From Breznakia sp. PF5-3 (GTDB taxonomy: Bacteria; Bacillota_I; Bacilli_A; Erysipelotrichales; Erysipelotrichaceae): a DNA stretch of 24,823 nucleotides. Positions 1-8,248 of this stretch are shown piece after piece (position 1 is the first letter of the stretch; every line of letters starts with the position of its first letter). The translations under genes and the position numbers were made by a program. A model generated the notes under the pieces. That model ran no database searches. It was not told the DNA's origin and saw only the letters and a list, made by a program, of their open reading frames with translations. The stretch lies in the NCBI RefSeq assembly GCF_029504745.1, contig NZ_JAQFIQ010000034.1, forward strand, positions 1-24,823. Reading direction: 5' to 3'.

Positions 1-140
1 AATATAGGAATATAGTTTATTATTTTTCTTGTTTATCCATCACCTTTTGCTTCTTTTTCCTTCATTGTTGCATTTCTTCTGACATTCAAGCCTTTTTTCA
101 TCGCCCCTGTTTCAGAACAAGTTATAGAAGAACTTATCAT

Positions 141-180
141 AAAAAAAAGATAGACTTTCATAATAAAATCTACCTTTTTA
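141..180 (-). terminator. Rho-independent terminator downstream of CDS 275..1030 (possibly bidirectional)
   Basis: Stem aaagataga (146-154) pairs with tctaccttt (169-177) with one mismatch. On the minus strand the hairpin is followed by a run of 8 T (141-148). On the plus strand it is followed by ttttt. Confidence 0.55.
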
Positions 181-274
181 ATAAACTACTTTTTCATCTA
201 TGATTCACCACAAGTTTCAAAGCATATTATAATCGCTTTTCTACCTAAAATTCAAAAAATATCAACATACCATT

Positions 275-1030
275 TTATAAGTACAGTACATCTGTATAGC
301 TTTCCACACTTGTCAACTTCCAAGAAAACGGTAACCAATATGTTACACACCCACAATATTCACAATTTGATAACGTGTTCTTTCTAATAGGTGCTCCACA
401 CTGTTTACAGTTCACTCTTGTTTCTTTGGAAATAAAAAATGAAGTCTTTGCCTCTTTGCGGCGCTTAAATCTAAATGTGTGTTGTAAAGCTTTCACTTCT
501 GAATCTTTATCTTTTACTTCATAATCAATAACTACACTCAAACAAGCTATTCCTTGTTTAACCCAATAATCACCTAATAATAATTTTGTAATATTGAGTT
601 CTTTCACTGTAAATCCATCATCAATATCTGCTAACATTTTTCGTTTTGCATCTTGTGCTACATTTTTCGCATATTCAATATGCTCTGCATCTGTATAAAT
701 TGCTACTAACAATTGTTGAACTTCTAACTTAAATTTTGTTTGTGTAAACTCTGCATCATTTAATCTAATAGCATCTTCAATCTCTAACACCCTTTGATCG
801 TACGATATTGAAAGTTCTTCTCTATGTTTTTCTCTTTCTATAACAAACAAAATCCAAAGAAAAACTAGAATACCCGCCACTATAGCTGAATATTTAAGAA
901 TCTCTTTTGCGAATGCAAGAGAGCTATAATAGCTAGTTTCTAATCCATATTCTTCTGGCGGTGATGAACTCGCTATACAAATCCCAACAAAAATCGAAAT
1001 CGATAACACTATTAATACTTTCTTCTTCAT
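275..1030 (-). CDS. Hypothetical membrane protein with a C-terminal zinc ribbon; the middle region is possibly Tim44/NTF2-like
   Basis: 251-aa ORF with two hydrophobic segments (aa 5-21 and 45-64). The C-terminus has CKQCG...CEYCG (CxxC-N13-CxxC). The Tim44-like assignment is only a visual impression. Confidence 0.6.
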   Translation of the reverse strand: MKKKVLIVLSISIFVGICIASSSPPEEYGLETSYYSSLAFAKEILKYSAIVAGILVFLWILFVIEREKHREELSISYDQRVLEIEDAIRLNDAEFTQTKFKLEVQQLLVAIYTDAEHIEYAKNVAQDAKRKMLADIDDGFTVKELNITKLLLGDYWVKQGIACLSVVIDYEVKDKDSEVKALQHTFRFKRRKEAKTSFFISKETRVNCKQCGAPIRKNTLSNCEYCGCVTYWLPFSWKLTSVESYTDVLYL

Positions 1031-1070
1031 ACATACCCCTTCATTCTATTCCAATATAAAACTTAAACTT

Positions 1071-1817
1071 TTATTCATCATCAAAATCTTTTATATATGC
1101 TTTGATGGAACGCGTCATCTCTTTAGAGAAATCCGAATCATATTTGCGATTATAGAAAGCATGTACCCACGTATTGAATTCAAAAGGAACCTCTGGAGTC
1201 AAATTTGCACGATCCACAAACATCTTTTCAAGGGTCTTATCATCCATCCTCTTATATGTGTTTTCATGTACAACATATTGTTTATCAAATCTTTTTGGTT
1301 TTTTACGCTTTGCTTGCTGTTCAGTAGGATATCCAAAGACAATCATTGTAACTGGAAAAACATATCTTGGTAGATTCAACACCTCTTTATGATATTCATA
1401 TTTCTCCATTATATCTCCAATATAACATGATCCTATACCTAAGCTCTCAGCAGCCACAACTGCATTTTGTGCTGCGATTAATGCATCGTTACACCCTAAC
1501 AACAACTCACCTACACCTGGCTTTCTAGGATTGTTTTCTACAATTGAAAATGTATCAATCCACTTTTGATAGTCCGCACAAAAAATTAAAGCCAATTTTG
1601 CTTTCGCTATAAACGGTTGATTGTCACAGCTTTTAGATAGATTGGTTAACAATTCTTGATCGGTTACATCAATGATTGTATACATCGTTTGATTACCCGC
1701 ACTAGGTGCTTGGATAGCAGCATTTATAATTGCTTCTTTATCTATAGCAGAGATTTCCTTATCCTCAAAAACTCTTACCGATTTACGATCATTTAAGCTT
1801 TTTATTATTTCATTCAT
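1071..1817 (-). CDS. Nitroreductase-family NAD(P)H oxidoreductase
   Basis: The N-terminus MNEIIKSLNDRKSVRVFEDKEIS...AIQAPSAGNQ is the typical nitroreductase signature. I moved the start to ATG 1817 because AGGAGG lies 7 nt upstream. The track start at 1841 lacks an RBS. Confidence 0.8.
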   Translation of the reverse strand: MNEIIKSLNDRKSVRVFEDKEISAIDKEAIINAAIQAPSAGNQTMYTIIDVTDQELLTNLSKSCDNQPFIAKAKLALIFCADYQKWIDTFSIVENNPRKPGVGELLLGCNDALIAAQNAVVAAESLGIGSCYIGDIMEKYEYHKEVLNLPRYVFPVTMIVFGYPTEQQAKRKKPKRFDKQYVVHENTYKRMDDKTLEKMFVDRANLTPEVPFEFNTWVHAFYNRKYDSDFSKEMTRSIKAYIKDFDDE

Positions 1818-1871
1818 TCTCGTTCCTCCTGTATTTCTCAATATGCATATTATAGCATATTAGTTAAAGTA

Positions 1872-1903
1872 AAAAGAAGTATAGCTTATGCTACACTTCT
1901 TTT
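1872..1903 (-). terminator. Intrinsic terminator overlapping the thiT stop codon
   Basis: Stem aaaagaagtatagc pairs with gctacacttctttt (13 bp, 1 mismatch) around loop ttat, which contains the stop codon. A U-rich tail follows on the minus strand. Confidence 0.5.
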
Positions 1904-2404
1904 CATAGTTGGTTCTAACGCCTTTAATAATACCGGGATTAATAATAGTCCTAAAATCAATGTAGGCCCCATATAAGAAAAATTATATGCTGCTGAAGGG
2001 AGTAAGTCCAACCCCCAAACGATAACCCCCGAAATAGTACTGAAGACAAATCTTGCTACATTCGTTATTAATACCCCTGTATAAAATAATCCATAATTTG
2101 GAAATAAACTTGCTAACCCATATACACTGAATGCAAATAAGTAATCTAACGCAAACCCAATTAGATCTGGGGTATACATTGGCCCAGTTATAAACTGAGC
2201 AAACACTGATAACAATGCAACCATAAATCCTTTCTTCCAACCCAAATGATAAGAAGCCATCAACAAGGCAATTGTTGAAACCCCCAAAGAACCACCATTT
2301 GGCATCTGCAAGAACGGTACCATGTTTGTTAGATAGTCTAACACCATAAACAAGGCAATATAAAATGCCATTAATACAATATCTCTAGTTTGATTTCTTT
2401 TCAT
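1886..2404 (-). CDS. thiT: Thiamine transporter ThiT (ECF-transporter S component)
   Basis: 172-aa polytopic membrane protein (about 6 TM) of ECF S-component size, sitting directly behind a TPP riboswitch. Confidence 0.75.
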   Translation of the reverse strand: MKRNQTRDIVLMAFYIALFMVLDYLTNMVPFLQMPNGGSLGVSTIALLMASYHLGWKKGFMVALLSVFAQFITGPMYTPDLIGFALDYLFAFSVYGLASLFPNYGLFYTGVLITNVARFVFSTISGVIVWGLDLLPSAAYNFSYMGPTLILGLLLIPVLLKALEPTMKRSVA

Positions 2405-2536
2405 AAAAAAACACCTCCGTGAGGCGTAGCAAAGTAATCTTACAATAAGATCAGACTCCCTACGCTAGTATTAACTAGATCAGGTCATAAGGGACTGTAT
2501 ACACATCTCAGCCATTTCTGGCGCCCCTGTCTTGAC
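2405..2536 (-). promoter_or_regulatory. TPP (THI-box) riboswitch with an SD-sequestering expression platform
   Basis: The minus strand reads AGGGGCGCC-agaaat-GGCTGAGA-...-GTCCCTTATGACCTGATCTAGTTAATACTAGCGTAGGGA, which matches the THI-box core (GGGGUGC / CUGAGA / ACCUGAUCUGGAUAAUGCCAGCGUAGGGA). Downstream, CTACGC can pair with the aptamer GCGTAG, and CCTC can pair with the GGAGG RBS. Confidence 0.9.
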
Positions 2537-2542
2537 TTACAC

Positions 2543-2571
2543 ATTATAAATTATCTATTTAAGAAAAGCAA
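2543..2571 (-). promoter_or_regulatory. SigA-type promoter for the TPP riboswitch and thiT
   Basis: The minus strand reads TTGCTT (2571-2566), a 17-nt spacer, then TATAAT (2548-2543), about 7 nt upstream of the riboswitch. Confidence 0.6.
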
Positions 2572-2582
2572 CCATATGAACA

Positions 2583-3098
2583 TCAATAATCCATTGACTC
2601 TATCCCTTTAATCTTCAATTTATCAATTCTCCATATCTTACGATCTACATCCATCATTAATCGTACACGCATATGCATTGATTGAGCTACTTGCTTGTTT
2701 TTACGCAAAAGACTTTTTCCTTTATCTACTGTTTGAAACAAAGTAAAATCAACAAGCTTATGAATTTCATTTTGATCCACTTCTTTTACCGACACAAGCA
2801 TAGAGGATATATATGTCACCCCTACCAATTCCGTCTCTATTTTAGATATCACTTCTTCACTACAAAAAGATTCATATTTCAATTCATCTCTACTTTCAAA
2901 TACATATGTATTAAACTTTTCAATCGTCTCTTTCACCAATGTATCACTTGTAGTAGAATTTCTTTTTTTACTTTCACTTATTTTCTTCTTTGGTAATATC
3001 CTTTGTTTTGAAAGTTCCTTTTTTGACCAAGGGTCATGCAAAGCATCCATTAATTCACTTGGTACCTTATAATCTCTTTTTTTATCTTTGGTTTCCAT
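2583..3098 (-). CDS. Hypothetical cytoplasmic protein (171 aa)
   Basis: Long ORF in the same orientation as its neighbours, with a lysine-rich N-terminal half. No motif recognised. Confidence 0.5.
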   Translation of the reverse strand: METKDKKRDYKVPSELMDALHDPWSKKELSKQRILPKKKISESKKRNSTTSDTLVKETIEKFNTYVFESRDELKYESFCSEEVISKIETELVGVTYISSMLVSVKEVDQNEIHKLVDFTLFQTVDKGKSLLRKNKQVAQSMHMRVRLMMDVDRKIWRIDKLKIKGIESMDY

Positions 3099-3246
3099 AA
3101 CACCATTATACCAAGAAAATGATTTTATTGAATGCTATTTTCTTAATTATATAAAATCATAAAGCCAGCATCCACCCCATAAACAGACTAGTTTGATATG
3201 ATTGCTTATAGACAAGTACAATCTTAAACATTATCTATATCATCAT

Positions 3247-3279
3247 CAAAAAAAGACTATTAACTTTCATTAATAGTCT
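3247..3279 (-). terminator. Rho-independent terminator after CDS 3297..3911
   Basis: Perfect 10-bp stem agactattaa (3254-3263) / ttaatagtct (3270-3279) with loop ctttca. A run of 7 T follows on the minus strand. Confidence 0.8.
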
Positions 3280-3296
3280 GATATATAAAACGTAAT

Positions 3297-3911
3297 TTAA
3301 ACAACATTAGCAAACATCGGTTTCATTTGTCGTTGTGTAATCAAATAAGACATAACTAATATCAAGAAAGTAATATCAAAGTTTGTCTTAACAACTAATT
3401 TGATAATGACACAAACTATCAAAGCAAAAATATCTAAGTATAAATATCTTTTTTCAAAATTATACTTTAAGACAATTCTTCTTTTAATTAAAAAGCTACG
3501 TATCGCCACATATGAGGCAAGAATCGCTATCAAAATATCTGCCGAATAATGAATCAAATAATTTTCTGTCAACCAGTTTTTAAAGAAAAGCAATACAATG
3601 AATGTTGTAAACACTTCCCAAATATTTGATACATTAAATTTCTCATAATCGCGATCACGAATTTTTTTCTGTTCCTCTTTTATTAATCCATTTCTTTTTA
3701 TCCTTTGAATATATTTACGATAATCACTTGGTATCGATTTCCCTTCTTCTAGATTGCTCAATACAACGGATACATATATATTTAAATCATCAGGATGATT
3801 GTTAAGTAAATAAGAAAGAATTTTCGTATACTCTTCCTTTTGTTTTTCCGTTAGCTTTTTTACTCGGCGTTCATTATCTCTTGCAATATCTGAATAATCA
3901 ATTGCTTTCAT
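3297..3911 (-). CDS. Hypothetical membrane protein (soluble N-terminal about 95 aa plus 3-4 TM)
   Basis: 204-aa ORF. Its ATG (3909-3911) overlaps the TAA (3911-3913) of the aminopeptidase gene as TAATG, which suggests translational coupling. Confidence 0.6.
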   Translation of the reverse strand: MKAIDYSDIARDNERRVKKLTEKQKEEYTKILSYLLNNHPDDLNIYVSVVLSNLEEGKSIPSDYRKYIQRIKRNGLIKEEQKKIRDRDYEKFNVSNIWEVFTTFIVLLFFKNWLTENYLIHYSADILIAILASYVAIRSFLIKRRIVLKYNFEKRYLYLDIFALIVCVIIKLVVKTNFDITFLILVMSYLITQRQMKPMFANVV

Positions 3912-5233
3912 TATTTGTAATTGACCTCTATTTTACTTACATCATCAATTCGAATATCCGATTCAAAGAAATGTTTTATAGCCTCCACCAAATAAGCAGT
4001 ATCTTTACTACCTGCAGTTTCATATGCTGAGTGCATTGCAAGTTGTGGAAGTCCAAGATCCACTGCATTCATAGATACTTTAGTAGATGATATATTTCCT
4101 AAGCTACTTCCTCCAACCATATCGCTACGATTTGCAAAATGTTGATAAGGAATTTTAAAATGATTACACAAATCAGTAAATACTGCATTACTAATTGCAT
4201 CGGTTGTATAACGTTGGTTTGCATTATACTTTATTACAATTCCTTTATTCAAATAAGCACAATTCTTTTTATCTGTTAATTCTGGATGGTTTGGATGAAC
4301 TGCATGTGCATTATCACAAGACAGCATAAAGCTTTTAGCAATTGCACTATAGTAGTCTTTATTTTCATATCCTAAACTTAAATTGATTCGCTGCAATACA
4401 TCATATAAGAACGTTGATCCAGCTCCTTGTTTTGTGGAAGAACCAACTTCTTCATTATCAAAACAAGCATATACTGCAATTGACTTTGTATTCTCTGCAT
4501 TCATAAACCCTTTTAAAGATGCAAATGAACATTGTAAATTATCCAACCGTGGAGAAGATATGAATTCATCCTTCACTCCCCATTCAATGGAATTATCACG
4601 ATTGTATAAGAACATATCACTTCCCAATATATCTTCGCGTTTTACACCTAACTCAGCAGCCAAAAATTTGTAATAGTCACCTGCTTGTAATTCTCCCGCA
4701 CTAAATAATGGTAATAAATCTACTTGATTATTATATTTAATTCCATTGTTTGCATCGCGATTCAAGTGAATTGCAACATTTGGAATAACAAGAATGTCAC
4801 GATCTATTTTCAACAACTTTGATTGTATTGTATTTCCTTCCTTGACTACAATCCGCCCCGCCAATGATAAAGGACGATCGAACCAAGAAGCCGCAAGCAT
4901 TCCACCATAGCCTTCTGTATTTAATTGTAAATATCCTCCTTGTCCAGCTAATTCAGCATTTTCTTTTACTTTATACGTAGGTGAATCACTATGTGCTGCC
5001 GTAAGCTGGAAATGATAATTATCCATATCTTTTCCAATATGAAAAGCAATGATACTTGAGCCATTACGAATGGTGTAATATTTTCCATTTTTTGTCAAAT
5101 TCCATTGGGTCGTTTCATCTAATTGTGTAAACCCTGCTTCATCCAATTGCTTTTTAATTTCTGCAACTGCATGAAAACATGTTGGACTATCTTTTAAAAA
5201 CGATAATAATTCTTTATTTATATTTTCTAACAT
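3911..5233 (-). CDS. M18-family (aspartyl) aminopeptidase
   Basis: 440 aa with AAHSDSPTYKVK, FDNEEVGS and LSCDNAHAVHPN motifs, typical of M18/M42 metallo-aminopeptidases. GGAGGA RBS upstream. Confidence 0.85.
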   Translation of the reverse strand: MLENINKELLSFLKDSPTCFHAVAEIKKQLDEAGFTQLDETTQWNLTKNGKYYTIRNGSSIIAFHIGKDMDNYHFQLTAAHSDSPTYKVKENAELAGQGGYLQLNTEGYGGMLAASWFDRPLSLAGRIVVKEGNTIQSKLLKIDRDILVIPNVAIHLNRDANNGIKYNNQVDLLPLFSAGELQAGDYYKFLAAELGVKREDILGSDMFLYNRDNSIEWGVKDEFISSPRLDNLQCSFASLKGFMNAENTKSIAVYACFDNEEVGSSTKQGAGSTFLYDVLQRINLSLGYENKDYYSAIAKSFMLSCDNAHAVHPNHPELTDKKNCAYLNKGIVIKYNANQRYTTDAISNAVFTDLCNHFKIPYQHFANRSDMVGGSSLGNISSTKVSMNAVDLGLPQLAMHSAYETAGSKDTAYLVEAIKHFFESDIRIDDVSKIEVNYK

Positions 5234-5298
5234 GAAATATCCTCCATATCTTATGCGTATTATAACACTCTTTATTTCTAATATCTATTTGAATACAA

Positions 5299-5324
5299 AT
5301 GAAAAAGAAAGCCTACGCTTTCTT
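5299..5324 (-). terminator. Intrinsic terminator overlapping the permease stop codon
   Basis: Stem aagaaagc (5305-5312) / gctttctt (5317-5324) with loop ctac. On the minus strand it is followed by tttcatttg. Confidence 0.55.
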
Positions 5325-6722
5325 TCCGTTTTGTCGTCTTGCTATAGCTGGCAATATTAATCCCAATCCTAGCAATACAAATGGTGTAAGAACATTTAAA
5401 GCGATGTGTTGAAGATCACCTTTAAACATACCACCTAAACAAGCAAATGCTGTAAAAGCAAAACACCAAATCCCTGCAATTAAACCTAAAACTTTACTCT
5501 TTGTAAATTGATAATCAGCTTTATATTTGTTACCAGCTCGTTTTAACGCAATATAAGCAACAAATACCCATAAGTATCGTAGTGGCATGGTAACAGAGTT
5601 TAATTGAATCAAAGATTTAAACATTGCATTTACATCACCAGGTAACAATCCTGGTACAATGATTAAGATTGCAACAATAACCGTAACCAATTTAATTCCA
5701 TTAATATATACCCCTTTATCATTAAGCTTCAACATATTTTTTGGAATATAGTTTGTATCCGCTGAATCTAGTAACATACGAAGTGGAGCATCAATTGAAA
5801 CAATTAACACTGACAATTGTCCTACCACATTACATAAAGCATATATAATCATAAATAAATTTCCTACATGATAATATTCCCCTAATCTTTGAAATGCATA
5901 ATATGCACCATTCATCATTAAATCTTCAGGAATATTATTTGGATCAAACATCATACCTAATGCTATTGTTCCCAAGATGGCTGTTATCGCAACCATGATT
6001 GCTAAGAAAATCATCCCTTTTGGAAACCCTTTACTCGGATCCTTCATCTTGTTTACATATGGAGATATCCTCTCACACCCTCCAACTGCAAATACCAAAA
6101 TTGATAATGAAGTTAAAAATTTCCCATCAAAGGATGGCATAAACGTATCTAAACTCCAGTCAATTGAATGAATTTGATCACCTGCAATCGCTGGTGCCGC
6201 CATCATTAATACTATAAACAAAAGCGACATGACAAACATGGAAGAACCCGCTATCGTCGCAATATTCTTAAGTGGATTGATTCCTCTTGTAGATATCAAT
6301 ACAAAGATCAAGAACACCAATAAACAACCTATCTGCAACAATAATGGATTCATATCATTAACATAAGTTGCACTTCCTGTAATCGCCCAACTTAGTGCAA
6401 TAAGTGCACTTTGTGGTTTTTGTGATATATATGGCATATGTACTACCCAATATGTCCAACCTGCATAATACGCAATTCGTGGTCCAATTGTTTCATGAAT
6501 CCATGAACTTACTCCACCACCTAAATTCTTAAATGCTGATCCCATTTCACCAACCATAAGTGCATATGGAACAAAATATAAGGCAAACATTAGTATCCAT
6601 GAAACAATTGCTTTTAATCCATTATATTCAGAAAAACCATTTACTACATTTCCGAAGCTCCAAACAGATGCAAAAGCCATAAAAGCAAGATTATACCATA
6701 AGATTTTTTTTGACTCTTTCAT
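5313..6722 (-). CDS. APC-superfamily amino-acid permease (glutamate/GABA-antiporter-like)
   Basis: About 12-TM protein with an APC-like N-terminus (MKESKKILWYNLAFMAFASVWSFGN). I moved the start to ATG 6722 (RBS GAGGGGAAG). The track start at 6779 adds 19 unsupported residues. Confidence 0.8.
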   Translation of the reverse strand: MKESKKILWYNLAFMAFASVWSFGNVVNGFSEYNGLKAIVSWILMFALYFVPYALMVGEMGSAFKNLGGGVSSWIHETIGPRIAYYAGWTYWVVHMPYISQKPQSALIALSWAITGSATYVNDMNPLLLQIGCLLVFLIFVLISTRGINPLKNIATIAGSSMFVMSLLFIVLMMAAPAIAGDQIHSIDWSLDTFMPSFDGKFLTSLSILVFAVGGCERISPYVNKMKDPSKGFPKGMIFLAIMVAITAILGTIALGMMFDPNNIPEDLMMNGAYYAFQRLGEYYHVGNLFMIIYALCNVVGQLSVLIVSIDAPLRMLLDSADTNYIPKNMLKLNDKGVYINGIKLVTVIVAILIIVPGLLPGDVNAMFKSLIQLNSVTMPLRYLWVFVAYIALKRAGNKYKADYQFTKSKVLGLIAGIWCFAFTAFACLGGMFKGDLQHIALNVLTPFVLLGLGLILPAIARRQNGKKA

Positions 6723-6811
6723 ACTTCCCCTCACTCTCCAAACATATATTATTATACTCTTATTTTTAAATAAGTACATTCATAAAAATGAGAAAATACT
6801 TTCTGTTAGAC

Positions 6812-7815
6812 TTCAAGGTTAATGCAATAGATGATTGCAATAACCTTGAAAATACAATATTGAATTTAGTCAACGTATTTCCTTGCTAGAAGCTGCAGAA
6901 CTTTTAAATGTAAACAGTTCAACAATCTATAGAGAAATTATGCAGCATAGAATTAAACAAGCATACAAGCAAAACCAGTATTACCATAGTAAGGACCACC
7001 AAAGTCGTCTAAATTGTCCGTTTACAGAAAAATTCCCGTATACTTGCAATAATTGTGAAAAGTATCCGAGATGTACAAAAACAAGGTTTAAATATGATGC
7101 TTATAGTGCCAATGAAATAGCTAGGAAGGAATTAAAAAACTCAAGAAGTAAACCTTCTCTATCAAATGCTGATATCAAAAAATTAGATAAAAAGATATCT
7201 CCACGTGTATTACAAGGACAGTCTTTATATCATATACTTCAAAGTGATAAGACGATTTTAAAATCTGAATCCACAATACGTCGTTATATTGATCAAACAC
7301 TTCTTACATGCAGAAACATTGATTTACCTAGAAGCTGCAAATCTGTGAACAGTTGTATTCGAAATCTCATTCAAAAATTACAACAGCTTTATCATAGAAT
7401 TTTCTTTGATTGCATTCTCACAGATAATGGGTCAGAATTCAAAAATTTGCACAATGAAGAACAAGACTTAGAGACTGGAGAACAATTCTTTAAACTTTTC
7501 TTCTGTGATCCTTACTCATCATTTCAAAAAGGAGGATGTGAACGCAATCATGAATTATTTCGATATATCCATAAAAAAAAAGAAAACCTTCGACAATCTA
7601 ACTCAAGAAGATATATCTGAAGCGTTTTCTCATATCAATTCTTAAACAGGAAATCACTAAAGGGACGATCACCATATCAAGCCTTTAGTAAAAAGTTTGG
7701 CATAAAGTCAGAGATTCTTGGTATAAAAAGAATTGATCCAAAAGATGTAAAATTGAAAAAATAAATAACAATTTCGCACCTAAGACACAACTTATTCCAT
7801 TGCAATAAGGTTGAA
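6812..7815 (+). mobile_element. Decayed IS30-family insertion sequence (candidate ends only)
   Basis: It contains the transposase pseudogene. ttcaaggttaatgcaat (6812-6828) and attgcaataaccttgaa (6834-6850) form an inverted pair at the left. attgcaataaggttgaa (7799-7815) recurs at the right, 15/17 identical to 6834-6850. The true IR boundaries are uncertain. Confidence 0.5.
6883..7764 (+). pseudogene. IS30-family transposase pseudogene
   Basis: HTH (LNVNSSTIYREI), a Cys-rich region, IDLPR, LTDNGSEF and DPYSSFQKGGCERNHELFR are IS30-like. The N-terminus is missing (no ATG). The catalytic core between IDLPR and LTDNGSEF is far too short. The frame breaks at the A9 run (7573-7581). The remaining C-terminus is split over two other frames with in-frame stops (KTFDNLTQEDISEAFSHINS*, then SLKGRSPYQAFSKKFGIKSEILGIKRIDPKDVKLKK*). 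Confidence 0.8.
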
Positions 7816-7819
7816 AACT

Positions 7820-7839
7820 AAAAGGTAGCAACCTTTTTT
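7820..7839 (+). terminator. Small terminator-like hairpin after the IS30 relic
   Basis: aaaaggt-agca-acctttt followed by tt. Confidence 0.35.
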
Positions 7840-7880
7840 CGTCATGTCCTTAACTAACTATATTATACACAATAACTTAG

Positions 7881-7915
7881 AAATGAGCGAGATTTATATA
7901 GAAAATCGCTCATTT
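7881..7915. terminator. Intergenic hairpin (terminator-like)
   Basis: 10-bp stem aaatgagcga (7881-7890) / tcgctcattt (7906-7915) with a 15-nt loop. Function unknown. Confidence 0.3.
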
Positions 7916-8003
7916 CTTTAGTATTATTCTATATTTTTATTGAAAACCTGATTTATTGCATTTACTTTGAAATCTAACCGAAAAAATACTTTCGATAAAC
8001 AAC

Positions 8004-8034
8004 AAAATCGCGGAGAGGTTATTTCCGCGATTTT
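8004..8034 (-). terminator. Rho-independent terminator closing the surface-protein operon
   Basis: 11-bp stem aaaatcgcgga (8004-8014) / tccgcgatttt (8024-8034). On the minus strand it is followed by ttttgttgttt. It lies 80 nt after the last CDS. Confidence 0.7.
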
Positions 8035-8113
8035 ACTCTGATTTTTCATTTTATATTGGAACTAAAAAATTCAGATTTTGCTATGTTCGTTTATATTAAG
8101 ATAATTTATACAT

Positions 8114-8248
8114 TTATTCCTTATAAAATCGTTCTATTATTTCTTGGTCATCTTTTCGTCTATTCTTATTTGCGACTAAATATAAGTAACATGATATTAC
8201 TGTAAACACCAAAATAATCATCGCAATAATATCATACCAACAAATCAT
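8114..8248 (-). CDS. Small single-pass membrane peptide (44 aa), translationally coupled to the upstream gene
   Basis: MICWYDIIAMIILVFTVISCYLYLVANKNRRKDDQEIIERFYKE. AAGGAGG lies 8 nt upstream of the ATG (8246-8248). The ATG overlaps the TGA of the 359-aa gene as ATGA. The 81-aa track ORF (to 8359) is an unsupported upstream extension. Confidence 0.6.
   Translation of the reverse strand: MICWYDIIAMIILVFTVISCYLYLVANKNRRKDDQEIIERFYKE

Noticed and set aside
20-140. Short minus-strand ORF (MISSSITCSETGAMKKGLNVRRNATMKEKEAKGDG) at the left edge, downstream of the terminator
   Set aside because: It has no convincing RBS and no recognisable family, and it lies at the window edge. The evidence is insufficient.
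1161-1392. Two plus-strand ORFs (70 and 72 aa) inside the nitroreductase gene
   Set aside because: They are antisense to a confidently identified CDS and have no independent signals.
1818-1841. N-terminal extensions in the ORF track (nitroreductase 1841, permease 6779, S12 22041, 1053-aa 12522, 534-aa 14149)
   Set aside because: In each case an internal ATG has a properly spaced purine-rich RBS and yields the canonical N-terminus or signal peptide. The upstream Met/Val codons lack an RBS.
6883-7620. Intact IS30 transposase gene
   Set aside because: It has no ATG or N-terminal HTH start. The region between IDLPR and the DNGSEF box is far too short to hold the catalytic core. The C-terminus continues in other frames with stop codons. 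It is called a pseudogene.
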